A stretch of 64,000 nt of DNA. Source: Halolamina sp. (GTDB taxonomy: Archaea > Halobacteriota > Halobacteria > Halobacteriales > Haloferacaceae). Position numbers and translations under genes: made by a program. The notes beneath the pieces are model-generated. The model searched no databases. It saw nothing but the letters and a program-made list of their open reading frames with translations, and was not told the DNA's origin. Position 1 is the stretch's first letter; the number at the start of each line of letters is the position of its first letter. Where the stretch lies: NCBI GenBank assembly GCA_042216705.1, contig JBDGTQ010000019.1, forward strand, positions 3,554 to 67,553, given 5' to 3'. Below, piece by piece: positions 1 to 8,805 of the stretch.

Positions 1-1
1 G

Positions 2-361
2 CACGGGTACACCGGTCGCAGCGAGGTCGTCCGCGAGGCGGCGCGCAACCTGCTGGGCGAGTTCGAGGACAGGCGCCTGGAGGGCCGGGAACTGATGGGA
101 CTGGTGACGGTCGTCTTCGACTACGAGACGACGTCCGTCGAGGAGCGGCTGATGGGACTGCGCCACGACCACGACGAGCTCGTCGCCTCGAACGTCCACA
201 GCCACGTCGGCGACCGCCGCTGCATGGAGCTGTTCGTTCTGGAGGGCCATCTGGACGAGATCTCGGAGTTCGTCGGCGGGGTCCGTGCGACCCGCGAGAC
301 GCTGAGCGTGAACTACTCGGTGGTTCCGGTCGACGAGTTCGACGGGACGGTGACGGACTGA
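2..361 (+). CDS. nikR: NikR-like nickel-responsive transcriptional regulator (5' end cut by window edge)
   Basis: Frame is open from nt 2: ...[19 protein letters not shown] (end of ribbon-helix-helix), then C-terminal metal-binding domain VTVVFDYE...[18 protein letters not shown]. Track ORF 95..361 is only its internal-Met part. Confidence 0.7.
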   Translation, partial: HGYTGRSEVVREAARNLLGEFEDRRLEGRELMGLVTVVFDYETTSVEERLMGLRHDHDELVASNVHSHVGDRRCMELFVLEGHLDEISEFVGGVRATRETLSVNYSVVPVDEFDGTVTD

Positions 362-384
362 ACGGCGCCTTCGAGGCGACCCTG

Positions 385-684
385 TCAGGCGGCTTCGTCG
401 GGGTCGTCCTCACCGCGCCAGGTTCGCACCGCGTCGCGGACGGCCCGCAGGTCGTCCGGGTCGCCGGCGGTCCGGGTGGTCACGACCGTCCAGCCGTCGT
501 CGTAGCCGAGGCCGTACAGCGTCTCCTCGCGCTGGACGGCGAGGGCGGCGACGGTCTGAGCCTCCTCGTCTTCGTCGTCAGGGACCACCCCGAGCGGGGC
601 GGCCTCGACGACGGCGTCGGCCGTGCGAAGCGACCGCAGTTCGGAGCGCGAGAGCGGCCGATCCGGCAGCGAATCGAGATCCAT
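385..684 (-). CDS. hypothetical acidic protein (99 aa)
   Basis: Internal ATG (MDLDSLPDRPLS...) of track ORF 385..975. The part upstream of this Met is Arg/Pro/Ser-rich and overlaps the zinc-ribbon gene. The downstream part has normal acidic haloarchaeal composition. Confidence 0.5.
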   Translation of the reverse strand: MDLDSLPDRPLSRSELRSLRTADAVVEAAPLGVVPDDEDEEAQTVAALAVQREETLYGLGYDDGWTVVTTRTAGDPDDLRAVRDAVRTWRGEDDPDEAA

Positions 685-751
685 GGCCGTCGCTGGCGGG
701 GCGACGCTGAAACAGCTACCGATGCGACGGTCGACTGGGTCGGCCGGGGGC

Positions 752-907
752 TCAGTCCTGCCCGTTCTTCTTCTTCCGGACGTCAGTCCCGCGTCGGACC
801 ATGTCGTCACAGTGCGGGCAGACCCGCGGCTGCGTGATGCCGTCCGGCTCGAAAACCTTGACGTACCGCTCGGTGACGAACGAGCCGCAGTTCTGGCAGG
901 TGGGCAT
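752..907 (-). CDS. small zinc-ribbon protein (51 aa, two CxxC knuckles)
   Basis: Hand translation of minus strand: MPTCQNCGSFVTERYVKVFEPDGITQPRVCPHCDDMVRRGTDVRKKKNGQD*, ATG at 907, TGA at 752-754. Absent from the ORF track, presumably below its length cut-off. Confidence 0.6.
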   Translation of the reverse strand: MPTCQNCGSFVTERYVKVFEPDGITQPRVCPHCDDMVRRGTDVRKKKNGQD

Positions 908-975
908 ACGGCGTCACGCGGTCGCCGTCGGCGAAAAGCGTTCTGACTCTCGGTGGCTTCGTGGGGCCGTCTCAT

Positions 976-1082
976 AGCGATTACTGCGAGTAGTCTTCAT
1001 CGGGGGTGTCGAAAGACAGCGGTTCAGTAGCTCTCGTCACCGGCACGAATCACCACGGCGTGAAAGGCTCGCAGTAATCGCT
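976..1082. repeat. perfect 15-bp inverted repeat (agcgattactgcgag / ctcgcagtaatcgct) around a 77-nt spacer
   Basis: Read directly: 976-990 is the exact reverse complement of 1068-1082. Lies in the non-coding gap between two minus-strand genes. Confidence 0.9.
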
Positions 1083-1144
1083 GTCTGGAGTCGTTCGCGG
1101 CCGGCTCTGGCTCCAGCGTCGACGCTATCCACGACGACGACCGC

Positions 1145-1543
1145 TCACGACTCGACCACCTCGCGCCACCCCTCGAAGTAGCGGTCGTAGTGGGCCCGGC
1201 AGCCGGGGTTGAACGCGGCCCCGCACTCGGGACAGGCGAACCCGGCCATGAGGTACGCCCGAGCGGTCAGCGCCGTCGCACAGACCCCACAGAGAACCGC
1301 CGGCTCGTCGAGTCGCTCTCGCGGCCAGGGCTCGTGGGTGTGGTCGGCAACTGCCTCGTGGCAGGCGTGACACGGGTAGAACCGCCCGCAACAGCCCCCG
1401 CGGAGGGCGATGACGTCGCGGTCGTCCGCCCAGTGAGCGCAGCGCGTCTCGGGACCGACGTCGACGCCGGACACGACGGACTCGCCGACGACGACCGCGT
1501 CGGCGTTCCCGGCGCAGTCAGGGTCGTCACCGTCGCCGGTCAT
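1145..1543 (-). CDS. CHY zinc-finger domain protein
   Basis: Internal ATG (MTGDGDDPDC...) of track ORF 1145..1705. Cys/His-rich pattern CAHW...CCGRFYPCHACHE...CGVC...CPECG typical of the CHY zinc-finger family. Confidence 0.8.
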   Translation of the reverse strand: MTGDGDDPDCAGNADAVVVGESVVSGVDVGPETRCAHWADDRDVIALRGGCCGRFYPCHACHEAVADHTHEPWPRERLDEPAVLCGVCATALTARAYLMAGFACPECGAAFNPGCRAHYDRYFEGWREVVES

Positions 1544-1628
1544 GGTTCGATCGAGTGGGCGAGCCCGCTTCGGCCTATCTGTTCCATCGGCCGGCGGCAG
1601 CGTCCGCCGGGAACGGTAACGACGGCGC

Positions 1629-3065
1629 TCACGCCGGGCCGGCGTCGTCGAGGTCGGCCGTCGGCAGTCGGCGGAGCAGCTCGACGGTCGTCCGCGCGCC
1701 GGCACGGTGGCAGTCGAGGACGATGTTCTCGTCCGACGAGTGGTTGTTCTCGTCGCTGTTGGCGTACGGGAGAACGACGACCGGCGCGTCGAGTTCGCGC
1801 TCGAACACCGCCGTCGGCAGCGACCCGCCGAGCGTCGGCTTCACTACGGGGTCGTCTTCCCAGGCCAGGCGCGTGACCGTCTCCGCGAGGTTCTGCACCG
1901 GACCGGTGAGCGGCGTCCGCTGGGGGTGCATCATGCCGTGATGTCGGACCGACACCGCACAGCGCCCAGAGGCGTGGCGGTCGAGGTGACGCCGGACCTT
2001 CTCGTAGAGGGCGTCGGGCTCTTGATCGGCGACGAGCCGAAAGTCGAGCTTCGCCGTCGCCGAGGCCGGGAGCACCGTCTTCGACCCCTCGCCGCCGTAG
2101 CCGGCGGCCAGCCCGGCGATGTTGGCGGTCGGCCACGAGAGCAGCTTCTCGCCGTAGCTCTCGCCCGGGCCGTCGGCGAGAGCGTCGACGCCGACCTCGG
2201 CCATCGCCTCGTCGAACGACAGCGCCGCGACCGCGTCGCGGTCGGCCGCCGTCGGCGAGCGCACGTCCTCGTAGAAGCCGTCGACGGCGACCCGGCCGTC
2301 GGCGTCTTTCAACGAGCCGACCAGCCGGACGAGTTCCCAGGCCGGGTTCGGCACCGGGCCGCCGTAGTTCCCCGAGTGGAGGTCGCGGTTCGGCCCCTCG
2401 ACGTCGATCTGGACGTACAACAGCCCGCGGGCCCCGAGCAGGACTGTCGGCCGGCCGGAGACGTCGATGGGACCGTCGGCGACGACCGCGAGGTCGGCCG
2501 CGAGCAGGTCAGCGTGATCGGCGACGATCGAATCGAGGTTGGGGCTGCCGGACTCCTCTTCGCCCTCCAGCAGGAGGACGACGTTCGCCGGGAGGCCGGT
2601 CGTCGCTCGCAGGGCGTCGACCGCACGGAGGTGGGCGAACCACTGCCCCTTGTTGTCGCCGGCGCCGCGGGCGTACAGCCGCTCGCGGCCGTCCGGACCC
2701 TCCCGGACGGTCGGCTCGAACGGCGGCGACTCCCACTCCGCCGGGTCGGCCGGCTGGACGTCGTAATGACCGTACAGCAGCACCGTCGGCGTCGATTCTG
2801 GGTCGTCGTCGGGCATCGCCTCGGCGTCGGTGTCGGCGTCGGCGCGTGCGAGCACCGCCGGTGCGCCGTCGGTGGGCGTTTTGACGGCCTCGTCGAAGCC
2901 ATACGACGTACAGAGGTCGGCGGCGAGGTCGGCGCAGGGGTCGACCCCCTCGCCGGTGGCCGACAGCGACGGCTGGGCGAGCAGTTCGAACAGATCCTCG
3001 AAGTGGTCGGCCTCGCGGGCGGCGAGGGCCTCGGTCGGCGTCTCGGTGGCGCGGTCCGTGGTCAC
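1629..3065 (-). CDS. M20-family metallopeptidase / dipeptidase (ArgE/DapE/ACY1/CPG2 family)
   Basis: 478 aa, GTG start. Motifs LLYGHYDVQP, ARGAGDNKGQ, LLLEGEEESGS are characteristic of M20 peptidases. Confidence 0.9.
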   Translation of the reverse strand: MTTDRATETPTEALAAREADHFEDLFELLAQPSLSATGEGVDPCADLAADLCTSYGFDEAVKTPTDGAPAVLARADADTDAEAMPDDDPESTPTVLLYGHYDVQPADPAEWESPPFEPTVREGPDGRERLYARGAGDNKGQWFAHLRAVDALRATTGLPANVVLLLEGEEESGSPNLDSIVADHADLLAADLAVVADGPIDVSGRPTVLLGARGLLYVQIDVEGPNRDLHSGNYGGPVPNPAWELVRLVGSLKDADGRVAVDGFYEDVRSPTAADRDAVAALSFDEAMAEVGVDALADGPGESYGEKLLSWPTANIAGLAAGYGGEGSKTVLPASATAKLDFRLVADQEPDALYEKVRRHLDRHASGRCAVSVRHHGMMHPQRTPLTGPVQNLAETVTRLAWEDDPVVKPTLGGSLPTAVFERELDAPVVVLPYANSDENNHSSDENIVLDCHRAGARTTVELLRRLPTADLDDAGPA

Positions 3066-3132
3066 GTGTGGCGTCGACGACGGCCCGGACCAAGGAGTTG
3101 TCGCCTCCGGCGACCGGGGGGCTGGGAGCCGC

Positions 3133-4248
3133 TCAGGTCGCCGATTCCTGCACGTCGCCGGCGTCGTCGCGCAGCCGCGCGCTGAGCTTGCGCCGGAGCC
3201 GAGGGACCAGCACCTCGTCGACGGAGTACGGCCCGCTGCCGACGACCATGATGGCCGAGGCCAGCCCGAACAGCGAGACGTGTGCCAGCACGGGGTCGTC
3301 GGGCAGGCCGAACAGCGTCAGCGTCATCATCATGAACGCGACGGCGGCGACCCCGCGGGAGAGGAAGCCGACGACGAGCAGCGTACCGACCGCGAGCTCG
3401 GTCAGCCCGGCGCCGACGACCCACAGCTCCGGCGCGACGGGGACCACCGCGGTCAGGTCGTACTTCTCGACGACCTGCAACGCGCGGCCGGGTTCGAGCA
3501 GCTTCTGGCTGACGCCCAGGTACGCGAAGTTCAATCCGACGAACACCCGGAGGATGACCGCCGCCGCTCGCCGACCCCCTTCGGGGTCGGCCCAGCTCAG
3601 GTCGACCCCCTCGGCCAGCCGGCCGGTAACGGTTCCGTCGGTCTGTGCGAGGCGTTTGATGAGCATGTCCGCCGAGGGTTGGCCTGGCCCCATCACGGCG
3701 ACGGCGAGGAAGCCGGCGACGTACTCGCTGGCGTGGAACGCGAGGGGGTACTGGATCGCCGTGAGCGAGTACGCGACGACGCCGACGACGGCGACCGCGC
3801 GGGTCGCCAACCCGAACAGCAACAGGAAGCCGACCCCGACCTGCAGGAACCGTGCCTCGACGGCGATCGCCGGCGAGAAGAGGTAGCCAGTGAAGCCGGC
3901 GCCGACGAGCGGCAGCCCCAGCGACAGTCGGAGCATCCAGGGGAGATAAGGCCCGTACGACCGAAGCGTCCGCCGGGCGACCTCGACGTCGGGGACGAGG
4001 TCGGCGAAGGTCAGGTAGCCGACGATCGTGACCCCGGCGGCGACCCCGCCGCCGGCGAGCAGCGCGGCGTTCATCGGGTCGGTTAGCGTTTCGAGCAGGA
4101 AGCGAACGACGTCGCCCACCGTGTTTTCTCCGTCCGTGACGTAGTCGACGTGTGCGGCCGCCCGACCGGAGACGACGCTCGCTGCCACCGCCGCCACGAC
4201 CCCCCACCGTATCGCGGCCGACAGCGGCCGCGAGCGAGATTGGTTCAC
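3133..4248 (-). CDS. polytopic membrane protein, DoxX-like C-terminal half
   Basis: 371 aa, GTG start, N-terminal signal/TM (VVAAVAASVVSGRAAAHV) and many hydrophobic helices. The DoxX assignment is by general resemblance only. Confidence 0.75.
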   Translation of the reverse strand: MNQSRSRPLSAAIRWGVVAAVAASVVSGRAAAHVDYVTDGENTVGDVVRFLLETLTDPMNAALLAGGGVAAGVTIVGYLTFADLVPDVEVARRTLRSYGPYLPWMLRLSLGLPLVGAGFTGYLFSPAIAVEARFLQVGVGFLLLFGLATRAVAVVGVVAYSLTAIQYPLAFHASEYVAGFLAVAVMGPGQPSADMLIKRLAQTDGTVTGRLAEGVDLSWADPEGGRRAAAVILRVFVGLNFAYLGVSQKLLEPGRALQVVEKYDLTAVVPVAPELWVVGAGLTELAVGTLLVVGFLSRGVAAVAFMMMTLTLFGLPDDPVLAHVSLFGLASAIMVVGSGPYSVDEVLVPRLRRKLSARLRDDAGDVQESAT

Positions 4249-4333
4249 GGCTTGTCTCGGGGCAGCGACGCTCTTAACCCCCTCGCTGGCGCTCCGAGCT
4301 AGCGTCGGACGCCGCTTACCGCCTCGGGCCGAT

Positions 4334-4340
4334 TTATATG
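4334..4340 (+). promoter_or_regulatory. TATA-like box (tttatat) about 26 nt upstream of the SDR start codon (leaderless-type promoter)
   Basis: AT-rich heptamer in an otherwise GC-rich spacer. The spacing to ATG 4363 fits haloarchaeal leaderless transcripts. Confidence 0.4.
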
Positions 4341-4362
4341 TTCGGCCCGCGTTGACTCGGAC

Positions 4363-5154
4363 ATGGACCTCGAACTCGACGGAACGACAGCATTGGTGAC
4401 GGCTTCATCGAGCGGTCTCGGCAAGGCGTCGGCGACGGCGCTCGCTCGCGAGGGGGCCGACGTCGTCGTCAACGGTCGCGACTCCGACCGACTGGCCGAC
4501 GCCGCAGCGGAGGTACGGGCGGCCGGCACGGGCGAGGTCGTCGCCGTCGAGGCCGACCTGACCGACGCCGACGACATCGAGCGCCTGGTCGACCGGACGG
4601 TCGAAGAGTTCGGCACCATCGACTCGCTGGTCACCTCCGCCGGCGGGCCGCCCTCGGGACCGTTCCTCGAAACCACCGACGAGGACTGGTACGACGCCTT
4701 CGACCTGCTGGTGATGAGCGTTGTCCGGCTGGTCCGCGAGGCCGAGCCGTACCTCTCGGAGGGCGGCGACGGCACCGTCGTCAACGTCACCTCGCGGTCG
4801 GTGAAGGAGGCCATCGACTCGCTGGTGCTGTCGAACTCCGTCCGCATGGCCGTCATCGGCCTCGAAAAGACGCTCTCGAAGGAGCTCGCGCCCGAGGTTC
4901 GCGCGAACGCCGTCCTCCCCGGCCCCCACGAGACGAGCCGCATCGAGGACCTCGTTGACCAGGCCGTCGAGCGCGGCGACTACGACGACTACGAGGAGGG
5001 GCTGGCCGACTGGGGCGAGGGCGTCCCGCTGGAGCGCATCGGCGACCCGATGGAACTCGGCGACACCGTCGCCTTCCTCTCCTCGTCGAAGTCCTCCTAC
5101 ATCAACGGCGTCGCGCTGCCCATCGAGGGCGGGGCGGGCGCCGCGAACCTCTGA
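4363..5154 (+). CDS. SDR-family oxidoreductase
   Basis: 263 aa. Rossmann motif ALVTASSSGLGKA, NGRD, typical SDR length and C-terminal YINGVALPIEGG. Confidence 0.9.
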   Translation: MDLELDGTTALVTASSSGLGKASATALAREGADVVVNGRDSDRLADAAAEVRAAGTGEVVAVEADLTDADDIERLVDRTVEEFGTIDSLVTSAGGPPSGPFLETTDEDWYDAFDLLVMSVVRLVREAEPYLSEGGDGTVVNVTSRSVKEAIDSLVLSNSVRMAVIGLEKTLSKELAPEVRANAVLPGPHETSRIEDLVDQAVERGDYDDYEEGLADWGEGVPLERIGDPMELGDTVAFLSSSKSSYINGVALPIEGGAGAANL

Positions 5155-5180
5155 GGCCGAGAGGCGCCCGCAGTCGCCCG

Positions 5181-5996
5181 TCAGCGCCGGTCGCGCCGGA
5201 CCACGTCGGCGCCGACGCTGCCGACGCCCTCGACCTCGGCGCGGACCCGGTCGCCCGGCTCGACGGCGACCGCCCCGGGCGTCCCCGTCAACAGCACGTC
5301 GCCGGGTTCGAGCGTCATCACGCGGGAGTGATACGCCACCAGCTCTCGCGGCGGGAACGCCATGCCGTCGACCTCGCCGGCGGCGACCGTCTCGCCGTTG
5401 CGGACGGTTCGGACCGTCACGTCGTCGAGCTCGACCGCGTCGCCGGTCCGAATCCACGGACCGACGACGAGGAAGGAGTCGAAGCTCTTTGCCCGGGTGA
5501 GAAACCGCGGGTTGCGGTCGAGCACGTCCTCGGCCGTGCAGTCCACGACCGGGAGGTAGCCGGCGACGACGCGGTCGACCGCGGATTCGGCCACGTCCCG
5601 GCACGTTCGACCGACGACGACGGCCAGTTCCGCCTCGGCGGTGACTCGGCCGGTCAACTCGGGGTCGGGCAGCCGAATGGGCCCGCCGGGGGGCGCCGCC
5701 GTCGACGGCGGCTTGAAGAAGCTCGCCGGCGCCTCCGGGCGGTCTTCGTCCAGATCGGCGGCGTGGTCGCGGTAGTTCAGTCCGATGCCGAACAGCTTGC
5801 CGAACGTCGCCAGCGGCGCCCCGAATCGCACCTCCTCAGCCGGGGTCCTCGACGCCGTCGCGTCGTCGACGGTCGGCGGGTCCGCGAGCGCGTCGGCGAC
5901 GCCGTCGGCGTCGGGAGCGGCGGCCGACAGCGGGACGAACCCCTCGTCGTCCCCGACCAACGGGGTGCCGTCGACGGCGCGTGCGAGCCGGGTCAT
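5181..5996 (-). CDS. fumarylacetoacetate hydrolase (FAH) family protein
   Basis: Internal ATG (MTRLARAVDG...) of track ORF 5181..6239. GIGLNYRDHA, FFKPPST, EAELAVVVG, PGDVLLTGTPGAV are FAH-family hallmarks. ATGA overlap with the upstream cupin gene. Confidence 0.9.
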   Translation of the reverse strand: MTRLARAVDGTPLVGDDEGFVPLSAAAPDADGVADALADPPTVDDATASRTPAEEVRFGAPLATFGKLFGIGLNYRDHAADLDEDRPEAPASFFKPPSTAAPPGGPIRLPDPELTGRVTAEAELAVVVGRTCRDVAESAVDRVVAGYLPVVDCTAEDVLDRNPRFLTRAKSFDSFLVVGPWIRTGDAVELDDVTVRTVRNGETVAAGEVDGMAFPPRELVAYHSRVMTLEPGDVLLTGTPGAVAVEPGDRVRAEVEGVGSVGADVVRRDRR

Positions 5997-6394
5997 TCGG
6001 GGTCGCTGGCGGCGGTGTCGTCGCCGGCGTCGGCCTCGCCGCCCCCGTCGTCGGCCCGGTCCGTCCAGAAGTCGAACGACCGACCGGGGGCGAACACGTC
6101 GAGGCCGACGGCTGGCTCGTCGCTTTCGTTCTCGACGCGGTGGGGTTCGTCGGCGCCGAGGTGGACGGAGTCGTACGCGCCGAGCGTGACCGACCGCTCC
6201 TCGGTATGGACGGTGAGCTCGCCCGACAGGCAGAGACACACTTGTTCGTTCTCGTGGCTGTGCATCGGCGAGGAGTGGCCCGGCGGCTTCTCAAACCACT
6301 CGAAGCTGAACCGTTCCGAGCCCGCCAGGGCGCGTCGCTGCCATCCCTCGTCGGGCTCGTACGTCTCCGCCTCGTCGAAGTCGACTCGCTCCAT
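5993..6394 (-). CDS. cupin domain protein
   Basis: 133 aa. Cupin motifs PGHSSPMHSHENEQVCLCLSGEL ... PHRVEN. Its stop overlaps the FAH start. Confidence 0.85.
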   Translation of the reverse strand: MERVDFDEAETYEPDEGWQRRALAGSERFSFEWFEKPPGHSSPMHSHENEQVCLCLSGELTVHTEERSVTLGAYDSVHLGADEPHRVENESDEPAVGLDVFAPGRSFDFWTDRADDGGGEADAGDDTAASDPE

Positions 6395-6540
6395 GGAGTC
6401 GATGGCGACCCGGAGGGTACAAAGCGTTGCGCCGCGGCGAGCGATGCCGACGCCGACCGGCGCGTCAGTGGCCCGCGACCGGGTGCTCGCCGCCGGGAGA
6501 TGGCATAGGATAATATAGGGTGAGGCAAAAAGAGAGGCCT

Positions 6541-7854
6541 ATGTCACGCGAGACGACGACTGGAACCGACAGACGCACGCTGCTGAAGCTGGCGGGGGCG
6601 ACGGGCGCGGCGAGTCTCACCGGCCTCGCTGGCTGTACGACGACCGATAGCGGGAGTACGGCCACGGCCACTCCGACCGAGACGGAAAGCGAGTCAACCG
6701 GCGAGACCGACACGGCCACCGAGGGCGATGGCGGGGGCGACCCGTACAGAATCGGGATGGTGGACGCCCTCACCGGCTCGCTCTCGGCGTTCGGCCAGCG
6801 CAACCAGCGCGGCAAGGACCTCGCGCTGGCCACGGTCAACGAGGCCGGCATCGATGGTCGTGAGCTCGAAATCGTCGTCGAGGACTCCACCAGTCAGAGC
6901 TCCGGCGGCGTCTCGGCGGCCCAGAAGCTCGTCAATCAGAACGGCGTCCCCTTCCTCATCGGCGCGGTCGGCTCCGGCGTCTCACTGTCCATCTACGAGA
7001 GCGTCGTTCAGGACACCGACGTGGTCCAGTTGAGTCAGAACTCGACGGGACTGGGCCTCACCGACTTCCCGGGGCTGGCCCGCATCTCGCCGACCGGCCG
7101 GACCCAATCGACCGCGCTCGCGGACATCGTCGCCGAGGACGGCTACGACGACGTGGCGCTGACATACGTCAACAACAACTACGGCCAGAGCCTGGCCGAC
7201 GCGTTCGTCGAGGCCTGGGACGGCTCCGTCGCCTACAACAACCCTCACGACCAGGACCAGCAGTCGTACTCGGGCGTGGTTAGCGAGATGAACGACTCGG
7301 GGGCCGACGCCTGGCTGTTCGTCACCTACCAGGCCGAGTTCGCCACGCTCGTCAACGAGATCTATTCGAGCGGCTACGACCCGCAGCTGTACGGCGCCGA
7401 CTCCGTCTCCGGCGACCAGGTTCTGGAGAACACCCCCGAAGGCAGCATGGACGGAATGAAAATCGCCGTCCCCTCGGCACCGCTGGAGCAGGACAACTAC
7501 CAGGAGTTCGTCTCGCGGTTCGAGGGGGAGTACGACGAGTCGCCGACGGTCTGGTCGACGTACGCCTACGACGCCGTCGTCACGGCCGCGCTCTCGGTTC
7601 AGGCGGCCGATGAGTTCACCGGCGCCGCCCTCGGCGACGTCGTCCGCGACGTGACCCGCCCGGAGGGCCAGACGGTCACCACCTATCAGGCCGCGAGCGA
7701 TATCCTCGCCGACGGCGGCGGCCCGAGCGACGTCGACTACCAGGGCGTCAGCGGGCCCCTGAACCTCGACGAGAACGGCGACCCGGAGGGGTTCCTCCAG
7801 ATTCTGGAGGTCCGGAACCACAGCTACGAGCCCATCGGCTTCGTCGAGTCCTGA
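6541..7854 (+). CDS. branched-chain amino-acid ABC transporter substrate-binding lipoprotein (LivJ-like)
   Basis: Tat/lipobox-like N-terminus RRTLLKLAGATGAASLTGLAGC, Thr/Glu/Ser linker, then a type-I periplasmic-binding fold (YRIGMVDALTGSLSAFG...). First gene of the liv-type operon. A TATA-like 'ataatatagg' sits upstream. Confidence 0.9.
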   Translation: MSRETTTGTDRRTLLKLAGATGAASLTGLAGCTTTDSGSTATATPTETESESTGETDTATEGDGGGDPYRIGMVDALTGSLSAFGQRNQRGKDLALATVNEAGIDGRELEIVVEDSTSQSSGGVSAAQKLVNQNGVPFLIGAVGSGVSLSIYESVVQDTDVVQLSQNSTGLGLTDFPGLARISPTGRTQSTALADIVAEDGYDDVALTYVNNNYGQSLADAFVEAWDGSVAYNNPHDQDQQSYSGVVSEMNDSGADAWLFVTYQAEFATLVNEIYSSGYDPQLYGADSVSGDQVLENTPEGSMDGMKIAVPSAPLEQDNYQEFVSRFEGEYDESPTVWSTYAYDAVVTAALSVQAADEFTGAALGDVVRDVTRPEGQTVTTYQAASDILADGGGPSDVDYQGVSGPLNLDENGDPEGFLQILEVRNHSYEPIGFVES

Positions 7855-7863
7855 GCGGCCACG

Positions 7864-8805
7864 ATGGTACTGGACCTCATCGCCAGCGGCCTCGTGTTCA
7901 GCAGCATCATTATCCTGGGGAGCATCGGCCTCTCGCTCATCTACAGCATCGCCGACTTCGCCAACTTCGCTCACGGCGACACGATGACCCTCGGCGCCTA
8001 CGCGGCGCTGCTCGCGCTGAGCACTACCGGCGACCTCGGCGGGTCGCTGCTGGGTCTGCCCTACGGCTTCTTCCTGGCGCTTCCGGTCGGCATCGCGACG
8101 CCCGCCGTCGTCGCCGTCGCCACCGAGGAACTCGTCTACGACGGGATGGACGTCGACTCCATCGGCCTGCTCATCGCCTCCATCGGGGTCGCCTTCGTCT
8201 ACCGCGCCCTCGTCCAGCTCCAGTTCGGCGCGGAGTTCACCCGCTACGACGTGCCGGTCCAGCGACCGATTGAGGGGCTGGTGCCCTACGGGGTCCGGAT
8301 CACCGAACACGACGTGGTCATCGTCGCCGTGACGGTCGCGCTGGTCGTCGGCTTGCACGTGCTGTTGCAGTACACCGACCTCGGGCGGAAGATGCGCGCC
8401 ATGTCCGACAACCCGGACCTGGCTCGCGTCAGCGGCATCCGGACCGCCCGAGTGAAACGCTGGACGTGGGTCATCGGCGGCGGCCTCGCCGGCGCCGGCG
8501 GGGTCTTCCTCGGCCTGTTCAGCCGGCTGGCCCCGCGGATGGGGTTCGACCTCCTGCTCATCGTCTTCGCCGCGGTGATTCTCGGCGGCATCGGCTCGGT
8601 GTACGGGGCGATGCTGGGCGGGTTCCTCATCGGAATGATAAACCGGCTCACGCCCGCGCTCTCCGAGTTGGGCGCGCTGGTCCCGCTGGTGCCCGACGCC
8701 TGGGGCATCCCGATCGGTATCGAGTACGCCAACGCCATCGCGTTCGTCATCATGGTGGTCGTCCTGCTCGTCCGCCCGCAGGGTATCGCCGGGGAGGCGG
8801 TCTGA
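7864..8805 (+). CDS. livH: branched-chain amino-acid ABC transporter permease (LivH-type)
   Basis: 313 aa, hydrophobic. SDNPDLARVSGI permease motif and operon position. Confidence 0.9.
   Translation: MVLDLIASGLVFSSIIILGSIGLSLIYSIADFANFAHGDTMTLGAYAALLALSTTGDLGGSLLGLPYGFFLALPVGIATPAVVAVATEELVYDGMDVDSIGLLIASIGVAFVYRALVQLQFGAEFTRYDVPVQRPIEGLVPYGVRITEHDVVIVAVTVALVVGLHVLLQYTDLGRKMRAMSDNPDLARVSGIRTARVKRWTWVIGGGLAGAGGVFLGLFSRLAPRMGFDLLLIVFAAVILGGIGSVYGAMLGGFLIGMINRLTPALSELGALVPLVPDAWGIPIGIEYANAIAFVIMVVVLLVRPQGIAGEAV

Noticed and set aside
976-1082. C/D-box sRNA or tRNA-like gene in the inverted-repeat element
   Set aside because: I found no convincing RUGAUGA/CUGA box pairs on either strand and no cloverleaf. 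It is kept only as an unexplained inverted repeat.
1707-3185. 492-aa plus-strand ORF opposite the M20 peptidase gene
   Set aside because: Arg/Val/Gly/Pro-dominated translation with no motifs. This is a typical antisense shadow ORF of a high-GC genome, and the opposite strand encodes a convincing peptidase.
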